Part shown: in pieces, positions 8,570 to 16,483 of the stretch | How the letters are laid out: each line of letters opens with the position of its first letter | How positions within the stretch are numbered: position 1 is the stretch's first letter | NCBI GenBank assembly: GCA_002305115.1 | Contig: DBQF01000001.1 | Span: 224,916 to 288,915, forward strand | Direction: 5' to 3' | Source of the DNA: a candidate division WWE3 bacterium UBA1401 | Lineage (GTDB): Bacteria; Patescibacteriota; WWE3; UBA101185; UBA10185 | DNA length: 64,000 bases | Made by a program: the position numbers and the translations under genes | The notes under the pieces: model-generated | Seen by the model: only the letters and a program-made list of their open reading frames with translations | Databases searched by the model: none | What the model was told of the DNA's origin: nothing

Positions 8570-9636
8570 ACGTGGAAATTGTGAATGATGAAGAGTCGTT
8601 TAGAAAGATGGCAGCTGATTGGGAAAAATTATACAAAGTATTTGAGTATACTACACCCTACCAAAGCTGGAATTGGAATTACTTGTACTGGGAGTATTTT
8701 AAAGGGAAAAAGCAGCTAAAAGTATTTAGATATGATTTAGACGGTACTGTTAGCGCAATCTTTCCAATGTGGGTACGAGAACAACTAGGTCTTTCCGTAT
8801 TGGAACCAATAGGAACCAGAGGCACTGATTATATACATTTACTGCTAAAAACTGAGCAAGCAGAAGATGTAATTGATAACTTTCTCGAATGGTTTAGTCT
8901 CTCTAGATTAGACGTTTTAAATTTGGAAGATATACCGCATTCTGCGTTTTATATTAATATTTTGAGAACAAAATCAATTAAACATGGATTGTTTTATTAT
9001 CTAGATAGTAAATACTGCCCTTGTTTTGAAATAGATCTCCCTGATAAATGGGAGGACTATCTAAGAACGTTATCTAAAAGAGATAGGTCTGATATAGATT
9101 ACTACCGCAGATATGCTGCTAGAAACACACAAAATGTTACTTATATACAAGGTGGGTTTAGTGATTTGAAAGAGCACTTTCGTCTACATCAAAAGGTGCG
9201 TGAAAACAGAGGTGACAAAGGAGCCTACAAAATAACTCCTGTTAGAAACCTGGTAACAGAGTATATTTCGTCTTTGGAAAACGAAGGCGACTTGAAATTG
9301 GTTTTTTTGGAAATAGATAAAACGCTTTGTGCAACAATTCTGGGTATCGAGAAAGACTTGGTTAGATTCAATATGACAATAGGGCATGATCCTACATTCT
9401 CTAAGCTAAGACCAGGAACTTTGCTTTATGGATATGATATCGAGAATTGTATCAAGCAAGGTGTAAAGAAGTACGACCTTTCTAGAGGTCCCGACCCTTA
9501 TAAGAGTAAAATGGGAGCAAGGTTGAAGTTTAATACGCGAATGGTGCTAACCAAATCAAAGGAGCATGCTAGTCAGTATTTAGAAAATCAGAAAATATAT
9601 TGGAAGAACGAAGACTACGCACCAACTGAAAAGTAG
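8566..9636 (+). CDS. GNAT-fold acyltransferase, FemAB/CelD (BioF2-like) type
   Basis: N-terminal 'FRKMAADWEKLY...TPYQSWNW' pattern typical of CelD/BioF2-like acetyltransferases. ATGA overlap with the nuclease gene. Confidence 0.65.
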   Translation: MNVEIVNDEESFRKMAADWEKLYKVFEYTTPYQSWNWNYLYWEYFKGKKQLKVFRYDLDGTVSAIFPMWVREQLGLSVLEPIGTRGTDYIHLLLKTEQAEDVIDNFLEWFSLSRLDVLNLEDIPHSAFYINILRTKSIKHGLFYYLDSKYCPCFEIDLPDKWEDYLRTLSKRDRSDIDYYRRYAARNTQNVTYIQGGFSDLKEHFRLHQKVRENRGDKGAYKITPVRNLVTEYISSLENEGDLKLVFLEIDKTLCATILGIEKDLVRFNMTIGHDPTFSKLRPGTLLYGYDIENCIKQGVKKYDLSRGPDPYKSKMGARLKFNTRMVLTKSKEHASQYLENQKIYWKNEDYAPTEK

Positions 9637-9758
9637 CTAAATTAAAAAAATCAAGCCAAGTCAATCAAAACAGCGGTTCGGGAGTTTAAAAAACAACAAG
9701 GCTTTTTGCAAGCCGTTAAAAGAAAATTTAGGCATACTGGTCACTTTGATGCCCATTC

Positions 9759-9951
9759 TGGTCGGGGTGACCCTCCTACGTCCTTCGGACTTCGGCGGGC
9801 AGGCAGGGACTTGGTTACTTGTCAGCAAATGTGGCCGTGCCATCCAAAGCGTTAACAGTAGTCGATAGAATTATTTCTAAATTGGTATTGTCTAGCTATT
9901 CTATAAAGGAAATCTGTCTGCGACGGATGGTCGGGGTGACAGGACTCGAAC
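9759..9951. repeat. right copy of the ~190-bp direct repeat (includes the tRNA-Pro 3' end)
   Basis: See 2212-2400. TGGTCGGGGTGAC at 9759-9771 duplicates the first 13 nt of the tRNA-Pro 3' end found at 9928-9940. Confidence 0.85.
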
Positions 9952-10003
9952 CTGCGGCCTCACGCACCCCATGCGTACGCGCTTCCAACTGCGCTACACC
10001 CCG
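9928..10003 (-). tRNA. tRNA-Pro (anticodon GGG), CCA encoded
   Basis: Manual cloverleaf: CGGGGTG TA GCGC AGTTGGAA GCGC G TACGC ATGGGGT GCGTG AGGCC GCAGG TTCGAGT CCTGT CACCCCG A CCA. Confidence 0.85.
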
Positions 10004-10043
10004 ACGTGCCGCCATGCAAGACAAATGTTGTTGCGGCGGATAA

Positions 10044-10289
10044 TCATAACCTAGTTTTCAAGAATCTTCTCCCAAAACCTGTCTTCAAATACTTTTCTCG
10101 TTTTAAAGCATTTTCTTTACTTAGGCAGCCCTCAAAGTAAACGAGTTCCCAAGGACGCCCATATTTTGTTGCATCCACTTTACCTTTGTTGTGTAACAGA
10201 AGCTGTTTCCTTATTGATTCAGAATAACCTACGTACAATTTACCAGTTTTCTTGCTTTTTAGCACATAGACATAGGTATAGTAAAACAT
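10044..10289 (-). CDS. GIY-YIG nuclease family protein (81 aa)
   Basis: 'YVYVLKSKKTGKLYVGYSESIRKQLLLHN...' has the GIY/YIG motifs. 'ALKREKYLK' C-terminal motif. Confidence 0.85.
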   Translation of the reverse strand: MFYYTYVYVLKSKKTGKLYVGYSESIRKQLLLHNKGKVDATKYGRPWELVYFEGCLSKENALKREKYLKTGFGRRFLKTRL

Positions 10290-10292
10290 CTT

Positions 10293-10366
10293 ACGCTACC
10301 AACTCCCGCCTGCCATCGCAAGACTGAGCTTGCTCAGGCGTTGCGGGCAGGGCGCTACACTCCGCT
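10293..10366 (-). other. tRNA 5'-half-like fragment (acceptor + D-arm) interrupted by a 47-nt hairpin
   Basis: 10293-10304 matches the tRNA-Pro D-arm at 10/12, and 10352-10365 matches D-stem plus 5' acceptor at 12/14. The insert 10305-10351 folds as CCTGCC/CGCAA/CTGAG nested stems. The fragment ends 3 nt before the GIY-YIG ATG. Confidence 0.5.
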
Positions 10367-10455
10367 ATCCTGCTAATTCTCGCTATTTTACCACTTCTTC
10401 CATATACATATTCAAAAATATATGTAAAAATACACTCCAAAGGAGGTGAAGTTAA

Positions 10456-10980
10456 ATGGATGAAATTAATCAAGAAAATACGACTGCTGAAAATCCAACA
10501 GAAGTTCCTCAACCACCTCAACCCCCGGCGGAGCCTCAAGGCCCAATAGAAGCTGCGGCTTCAGTAGCTAGTGTTAACTATGCGACCTTTGGTGAAAGAT
10601 TTGTTGCTCTTATTATCGATGCTTTCTTAGTAGGGTTAGTAACAGGCATATTAGGCGGTATCTTTGGCGTGTCACGAGTACAGTCTGGCGAAGGCTCTGT
10701 GGTTTATTCCAACCCTTTTAGTTTATTAGGTCCTGTCTACTATGTGGTAATGACTGTTATATATGGTGCCACTCTTGGCAAAAAAGTAATGAATATTCGT
10801 GTTAAAAAAGACGGTCAAGAAAGAAACCTTAACTGGGGTGAAGGCATACTTAGAGAAATAATCGGTAAATTCCTGTCAGCTATAGTTCTTTTACTAGGGT
10901 ATCTTTGGATGTTGTGGGATCCAAAAAAGCAAACCTGGCACGACAAACTTGCAGGAAGTGTAGTTGTAAAGACAAAATAA
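10456..10980 (+). CDS. RDD family membrane protein
   Basis: 'ATFGERFVALIIDAFLVGLV' and C-terminal 'WHDKLAGSVVV' are typical of the RDD domain. SD AAAGGAGGTG upstream. Confidence 0.8.
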   Translation: MDEINQENTTAENPTEVPQPPQPPAEPQGPIEAAASVASVNYATFGERFVALIIDAFLVGLVTGILGGIFGVSRVQSGEGSVVYSNPFSLLGPVYYVVMTVIYGATLGKKVMNIRVKKDGQERNLNWGEGILREIIGKFLSAIVLLLGYLWMLWDPKKQTWHDKLAGSVVVKTK

Positions 10981-11016
10981 TGGTCTTATATTTGAGGGAG
11001 TGGTATAGCCATTCCC

Positions 11017-11685
11017 TCAAATTATCGAGTACTCCCGTTTCTCAAACACCAAATGAAAAATTGGCCGCTTTTGGCCAAATGCCAGTTTCTTACTCCAGGT
11101 AGTTTCAAGTTCCCTTAAAGCAGATTTATTCAGAATACTAAATTTTACTAACTCCAACCCGAGTTGCGTATAGGCTGGAACTAGTTTTTTCTCAATATAT
11201 TCGCCACTTATTTTAGCTAAGCCCAACCTCTCAAACTCCGAAGGTTCAAATTCTGGAGAATAGCCGAAAATGATATTTAATTTACCTTCTGGTTTCAGTA
11301 ACCCTATTATATCAATTAGTTTGGTGGTATCGGGTGCAGCTACATATTGTAGTAACGTTCCCCAAGGCAAAATAATAAACACCTCATCTGCGCTAGTAGT
11401 TAGTTCTTGCGGAATATTTTCAGCCGCAGCAGGTGCAAACAGTACATTAGGCAATTTCTTCCTGGCAGCCTTTCTGGCATAAATTTGCAGTTGCTTAGGT
11501 GCAGGGTCAATGCCGATAAATAAAGTATCCGGGTGTGTTAACGCGTTCTTATAAACAAACTTGCCGTCCCCAGTTCCAAGATCAATTACAAGTCTGGAGT
11601 ATTGTTTAATGAGCTCTGTTACATCAACTTCCTCTAGCTTATTTCCCTTAACTACCTTCATTACTATACATAATACACTACCCAT
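11017..11685 (-). CDS. 16S rRNA (adenine1408-N1)-methyltransferase-like protein (NpmA/KamB family)
   Basis: 'VIDLGTGDG', 'LFIGIDP', 'ILPWGTLLQYV' and 'WSKKLAFGQKRPIF' line up with my memory of NpmA ('HIDLGTGDG', 'FYIGIDP', 'ILFPWGTLLEYV', 'WAKRLAFGRKRSFF'). Size matches. Start may be the ATG at 11661. Confidence 0.65.
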   Translation of the reverse strand: MGSVLCIVMKVVKGNKLEEVDVTELIKQYSRLVIDLGTGDGKFVYKNALTHPDTLFIGIDPAPKQLQIYARKAARKKLPNVLFAPAAAENIPQELTTSADEVFIILPWGTLLQYVAAPDTTKLIDIIGLLKPEGKLNIIFGYSPEFEPSEFERLGLAKISGEYIEKKLVPAYTQLGLELVKFSILNKSALRELETTWSKKLAFGQKRPIFHLVFEKREYSII

Positions 11686-11690
11686 CTTTT

Positions 11691-12071
11691 GTGTTACACT
11701 ATAAACCTATGAACCAAGAATCAATTAACAAACGTCTGAAAATAATTGCAGATTTGCAGGTAGAACTTAAAAAATTAAGAGCTCTATATCAAGAATCTCT
11801 AGAAAATGACCCTCAGTACCAGGAAATTCAAGAACAGGCTCAAAAACACAGAGAAGAAACGAAAGTAAGAAAGGACCAGGTTTTATCCAACTCTTCCTAT
11901 CAAAATATTGCAGACAAAATTAAAGATGTTCAGACAGAGCTTAAAGAGCATAAAGAAATTTTGTCTCAAGATTTGGTAGATTTTTACAAAGAAAGCGGTA
12001 GCCCGGAAATAGAGGACGAAGAAGGTAATGTCAAGCGCATGAAGTTTTCTGTAAAACTTGTTAACGGTTAG
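11691..12071 (+). CDS. hypothetical coiled-coil protein
   Basis: ORF. A likely ATG at 11709 is more plausible than the GTG at 11691. Confidence 0.5.
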   Translation: MLHYKPMNQESINKRLKIIADLQVELKKLRALYQESLENDPQYQEIQEQAQKHREETKVRKDQVLSNSSYQNIADKIKDVQTELKEHKEILSQDLVDFYKESGSPEIEDEEGNVKRMKFSVKLVNG

Positions 12072-13480
12072 TTCTTCTTAACAAACAATTTATAATTGCC
12101 AAACTTAAGTTCTGAATCAGGCTGGTAAAATTCATCAGCCATCTTGCCTTCATCTGCGGCAATAAACACACTATATTTAGGATTACCTACTACAATTTGA
12201 TCCTCCGGCTCAATAAAAGGCCAGCCGCTAAAATCTTCATAGGGGTTTTGCGGGTCATATAACTTAACTTCCGCATCCTGCACATAATATTTGCCTACTA
12301 CAAATTCGATAGGAGAAGTAAATACAATTGCTTCATTTCGGCCGGAAAACCTTTTAGCCAAAAGTTTCATTCCTTCATAGTAACCAGGGGAAGAAATTCT
12401 AAGCAAAGTTACAATATATAGAACTACCATTATGCCCATTGTTTCAAATCTTACCAATTTGCCTAATACTACTGCTGTTACCATTAAGTAAAAGATTGCT
12501 GAAGGTAGTAAGTATCTTTCCACGTAAATGCTTTTATTAGTCACAATACCGTAAAAAATAACCACTAGCTGAGGAATTACAGTCATGGCAATTAAAAACA
12601 CCACTTTTTCTGTTTGTGCTGGGTTATCTTTAGTTTTATAAATTAGAATGGTGACACCTACCACTAGTGCAATAAAAATGATGGTGCCTAATGAGGTGGT
12701 GTCCAGAATAAAACTCAGGTCATTTAGCGCATCACTTCCTGCCAATCGGGCTTTCACTCCAAAAGAATAGGCAGTTATGCTTCTTTGAATATTTGTAAGT
12801 TCCGATGGACGCGCCCAGCCAATGTTTAGGTCATTATTGCTTTGGTTACCCCTCATAAAAAGCCCTGCTGCTATTGCTCCTATAAGTGCCAGTTTAGGTA
12901 ACTCTTTTAGTAATGTTTTCCTGTTACTAAAGGCATAGTACCCCATAAGCGGTGGTAGAAAAGCAAAGGTCATGTAGTGAGTTGCTAAGGCAGCAATGAC
13001 AGTAAATGTAAACAGCCAGTACTTTCTTGTTATTAGAAAGTACACAGCCAGTAGTATTACAAAGCCAAAAAATGTGTAAGATCTGGCTTCAATGGAATAG
13101 GTGATTAGAAAAGGGTTGATTGCTGCTAAAAATGCTGCAATAGCTCCTATTTCTTTGGTGAATAGTTTTTTAACTGTTATGTAAATTAAAAATACTGTAA
13201 AAACTCCAAAGACAAGCGGCAGTAATCTAAGGGTAAAGTCACTGACGCCGAAGAGTAAACTCCAGCCTTTGTTAATAAATGCGTAGAGTGGGGGGTGTAC
13301 ATCATTAGTTATTTCTTTTAGGAAAGAAGATTTATCCGCGCGCATTAGCAGGCCAATAAAGGCTTCATCAAACCATAGATCGTCTTTGGTTATGTTTTTT
13401 AGTCTGGTGACAATAGCAACTGTTAAGATAATTACTATATCTATGTAGTTGGAAGAAAGTAGTTTTTTTAAAGAGTTCAT
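12068..13480 (-). CDS. GT-C glycosyltransferase (ArnT/PMT, GT39/83-like) membrane protein
   Basis: Polytopic protein with the early-loop 'DLWFDEAF' acidic motif typical of ArnT/PMT-type enzymes. Confidence 0.7.
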   Translation of the reverse strand: MNSLKKLLSSNYIDIVIILTVAIVTRLKNITKDDLWFDEAFIGLLMRADKSSFLKEITNDVHPPLYAFINKGWSLLFGVSDFTLRLLPLVFGVFTVFLIYITVKKLFTKEIGAIAAFLAAINPFLITYSIEARSYTFFGFVILLAVYFLITRKYWLFTFTVIAALATHYMTFAFLPPLMGYYAFSNRKTLLKELPKLALIGAIAAGLFMRGNQSNNDLNIGWARPSELTNIQRSITAYSFGVKARLAGSDALNDLSFILDTTSLGTIIFIALVVGVTILIYKTKDNPAQTEKVVFLIAMTVIPQLVVIFYGIVTNKSIYVERYLLPSAIFYLMVTAVVLGKLVRFETMGIMVVLYIVTLLRISSPGYYEGMKLLAKRFSGRNEAIVFTSPIEFVVGKYYVQDAEVKLYDPQNPYEDFSGWPFIEPEDQIVVGNPKYSVFIAADEGKMADEFYQPDSELKFGNYKLFVKKN

Positions 13481-13630
13481 TGACTTCTATTTTATCATGC
13501 GCTATTTAAATAAATGTTTATTTCTGTTAGAATTCATGTGTTATGACAGTGAAAAAACACAAAAAGCACGCACAACCAAATAAAGACAAGAAAAGAATCC
13601 GCAAAAAAGCAAAAAGGGTTTGCTAGATAA

Positions 13631-13696
13631 CTTCTAACTGCTTACAGCTAACTACTAACTTTAAAAAAGTCAGAAGTTAGTAGTCAGTAGTTAGTC
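13631..13696. repeat. stop-codon-rich TTAG/TCAG repeat element in inverted-arm form
   Basis: CTTCTAACTGCTTACAGCTAACTACTAAC (13631-13659) faces GTCAGAAGTTAGTAGTCAGTAGTTAGTC (13669-13696). Same motif family as 16396-16473, 24025-24056, 24455-24494 and 40786-40819. Confidence 0.7.
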
Positions 13697-15001
13697 ATAA
13701 ACATACACCGGTATTCCAATTTTTGCCCATTCAAACAACTCCTTAGCCTCTTCGTATCTAAGCTGAATACAACCTCCAGTAGCTGGGCTGCCCATAGTGT
13801 TTTCATCCCTTGAATAAATATTTCCGGCAGCATCCATGTGATATGGAATAGCATGAAAGCCGAATTGGTAAGTATTAAAAATCTTTCCAATAGGCAAATA
13901 ATAAGGCATATACCAATTTCCAAAATACGAAATGGTCATTTTTTGCTTACCTAATACTTTATATGCGCCAGCCGGTGTGTCCCAAGTTAGCCCTGTTGAT
14001 ACAATATAAGTTTTTACTAACTTTCCGTGTTCAAACCTGTATAGCCGCTGCTGCGGCTTAACAACTTCAAGGTATGCGTCATGCAATTCTCCGTTGGTTC
14101 TGGGTAAACCCTCAATAGGCAAAATTACTGCCTGGTTAACCTGTTCATCTGCCGCCCGGTACAAAATTGCCCTTCTTACAGCGGTAACGGCATCTGTTAA
14201 TAGAAGTTTTACATCATCAGATTCATATTTCGGCATTAGTTCTTTAAGATAAGTTTCAATTCTAGAAGCCGAAATGAATCCATGCATCAGCCCGTTTATT
14301 TCCTGAGTATAAATAAAAGCTGCCATTTGTTCTTTGGGAACATATATGGGTGTACCTCCATATTTGATAAGTAGTGGCGTAGTTATTTTGTCTATCAAGG
14401 CTTGTGTCTCAGTGTGCTGCAAGTCAAAGTCATCTTCAGTTTCTACTGCTAAATCTATTTTTATACGCTCTTCATTAATGACTTTTGCAATAGCCGCCCG
14501 GTCAGCAAAAGGGGATCTGTCTATTTTAATTACTGCATCCGGGCTTAATGTCCTAAACGAGTAGTCATCAAAATTAATAATGTTGTTATTTTTTATATAG
14601 GCCAGCTCAGTTTCCAAACTGTCTAGATACGCATCTAGCTTGGCAAAATTTACGGCCAACAGCTCATCTGCAATGACTGGCTCATTAGATGTGTTTTTAC
14701 AAAAAAGCGGGGGAGTTATAACTCTGCACACTCGAGTGTATCTAAATAACCTATCTCTATTTAAGCTAATGCCAATTTCCGGAAAAGTCACTGCTCTGCT
14801 GGTGTTTTGGGTATTTAGATAAACAGGTTTAGTGAAGATGCCATTTATAAGGGCTGTGCCTTCAGGCCAGCTTTTACCACTTAGATCTATTGTTCCAAGT
14901 CTTACGTTGGGTTTAAAAATGGTGGTGGGTTTTTGGTCAAAATAACTAACAGCTAAAAAAGTTACTAAGGAGACAAAAAGTAACGCCAGTTTTACTTTCA
15001 T
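13691..15001 (-). CDS. L,D-transpeptidase (YkuD domain) with a large N-terminal domain
   Basis: C-terminal 'STGLTWDTPAGAYKV...HAIPYH...SPATGGCIQL' catalytic motif. N-terminal signal/TM segment. Confidence 0.8.
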   Translation of the reverse strand: MKVKLALLFVSLVTFLAVSYFDQKPTTIFKPNVRLGTIDLSGKSWPEGTALINGIFTKPVYLNTQNTSRAVTFPEIGISLNRDRLFRYTRVCRVITPPLFCKNTSNEPVIADELLAVNFAKLDAYLDSLETELAYIKNNNIINFDDYSFRTLSPDAVIKIDRSPFADRAAIAKVINEERIKIDLAVETEDDFDLQHTETQALIDKITTPLLIKYGGTPIYVPKEQMAAFIYTQEINGLMHGFISASRIETYLKELMPKYESDDVKLLLTDAVTAVRRAILYRAADEQVNQAVILPIEGLPRTNGELHDAYLEVVKPQQRLYRFEHGKLVKTYIVSTGLTWDTPAGAYKVLGKQKMTISYFGNWYMPYYLPIGKIFNTYQFGFHAIPYHMDAAGNIYSRDENTMGSPATGGCIQLRYEEAKELFEWAKIGIPVYVYD

Positions 15002-15004
15002 GTT

Positions 15005-15670
15005 TTATATTCTAGCACTCAGGAGTGTGGTTTTGTTCTTTAGATAAAAAGGTTCGAGTATGCCAATGTAGTTATCCCAGCCTTCCGGTTGCTTTAGAGT
15101 AGTTGTGGAACTTGCATAGTTAAATATTCTATATGGTCCCCTAAAGGGGTCGTGAATAACAAGGGCTTGTGCGGTGTCTCCGTTGTAGCCAAGCATACCC
15201 ACAATAACCAAGGCATGGCCGGTTATACCGTCATAGTTCTGGACATTTAGAATAACTGGGTTACCCCTAACTAAGGTCTCGTAAATAGCTGTAGGTGTGT
15301 TCTTTATTTTTTGAGTTTCTTTTGCGAAATAACTAGCACCTTCGTATAGATTATAGAATCTATCGCCCTTGACATATACACTAGTTGGTAATTTGCTAAT
15401 AACCTGTGACAAAGTGTAATCTTCTCCAAGATAATCCAAGATCATGGTTAATGCTGCCGGGCCGCATGCAGTGCCCCTAATATAAGATTTTTCAGTTTCC
15501 GGAAGGTCATTTATTTGGTGGGTAAATGGAACATTAAGCAATATGTCCTGGGTTGTTTGCACAATGATTTGGCTGTCAGAGGGCAAAAGAAGGTCTGCCT
15601 GTGGGGTTAAACCTGGTTTGGAAAGAGAAATTACCAGAAAGGCAATTAGGTTCAAAATATTTGAACTCAT
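15005..15670 (-). CDS. C39-like cysteine peptidase domain protein, secreted
   Basis: 'NVPFTHQ...GTACGPAALTMILDYLG' resembles Peptidase_C39_2. Has a signal peptide. Confidence 0.6.
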   Translation of the reverse strand: MSSNILNLIAFLVISLSKPGLTPQADLLLPSDSQIIVQTTQDILLNVPFTHQINDLPETEKSYIRGTACGPAALTMILDYLGEDYTLSQVISKLPTSVYVKGDRFYNLYEGASYFAKETQKIKNTPTAIYETLVRGNPVILNVQNYDGITGHALVIVGMLGYNGDTAQALVIHDPFRGPYRIFNYASSTTTLKQPEGWDNYIGILEPFYLKNKTTLLSARI

Positions 15671-15758
15671 AGTGTATGGGGGCAGCCATAGGGGTTATTG
15701 TATCTAGTTATAAAACTTTTAGCAATTTAGAGGAAAGTGTGTATAATCCATAGGTATT

Positions 15759-16397
15759 ATGATTAAACTTAACTTTATAAACAACCTGAAAAACTCCCTG
15801 TCTAAAGAATCCCTTGGTAACAATAAAAAGCTAATATCTCGAGTGCTTCTGTTGGTCTTTTCTGTGCTTGTTTTAGGTGGCGCCGCTTACTTGGTGAAGG
15901 AAAAAAAGGATCTTTTTGTTGTAGCTACAATAGATAACAGACCCATATTTAGATATCAACTTACTGGCAAGTTAGTTCAAAACTTTGGTGCAAGTGTACT
16001 GGAAGATCTTATTTCCCAGAATTTAGCAGAGGCTGAATTAGATAAGCAGAAAGTGGCCGTTACCGAAGATGAGCTTGCCGCAAAGCTTGATGAGATAAAA
16101 CAGAGCGTTGGTGGCGACTTGGAAGCGGCCCTTGCAAGCAGTAATATGACTATGAAAGATTTGGAATCGCAAGTGGTGTTGCAGCTACGAATGGAAAAGT
16201 ATTTTGCAGACGATGTGAAAGTAACTGATGAAGAAGTGGCGCAGCTATTGGAAGATTATGCGGATCAGATTGATGGTACTGAAGATGAGAAGAAGAAGCA
16301 AGCTGTGGATTATTTGAGGAATCAGAAGTTGCAAGGGAAGATTTATGAGTGGTTGGAAGGCCTAAAGCAGCAAGCAGATATTAGGAAGTTTATTTAA
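15759..16397 (+). CDS. SurA N-terminal-domain-like chaperone (PrsA/SurA family, no PPIase domain seen)
   Basis: TM anchor followed by an acidic helical region similar to SurA_N-type proteins. Confidence 0.5.
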   Translation: MIKLNFINNLKNSLSKESLGNNKKLISRVLLLVFSVLVLGGAAYLVKEKKDLFVVATIDNRPIFRYQLTGKLVQNFGASVLEDLISQNLAEAELDKQKVAVTEDELAAKLDEIKQSVGGDLEAALASSNMTMKDLESQVVLQLRMEKYFADDVKVTDEEVAQLLEDYADQIDGTEDEKKKQAVDYLRNQKLQGKIYEWLEGLKQQADIRKFI

Positions 16398-16473
16398 CTA
16401 CTGACTACTGACATGCTCTTTATAAGAATTCCCTGTTAGTTGTTAGAAGTCAGTAGTTAGTCGTTAATCGTTA
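16396..16473. repeat. stop-codon-rich TTAG/TCAG repeat element in inverted-arm form
   Basis: AACTACTGACTACTGAC (16396-16412) faces GTTAGTTGTTAGAAGTCAGTAGTTAGTCGTTAATCGTTA (16435-16473). Confidence 0.7.
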
Positions 16474-16483
16474 CATTTCCCTA

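Noticed and set aside
2212-9951. Possible diversity-generating retroelement: an RT, a ~190-bp repeat pair that could be TR/VR, and an Avd-like four-helix-bundle gene in the window.
   Set aside because: The differences between the repeat copies are not adenine-specific (C/T changes, a 4-nt indel, and tRNA-end divergence). Neither copy lies in the 3' end of a target gene. The RT has an LPQG..SP motif rather than the DGR-type motif. The Avd-like gene is 14 kb away.
13543-13626. 27-aa highly basic ORF (MTVKKHKKHAQPNKDKKRIRKKAKRVC) in an intergenic region.
   Set aside because: There is no SD and no recognisable family. The A-rich sequence yields Lys codons by chance. Not reported as a gene.
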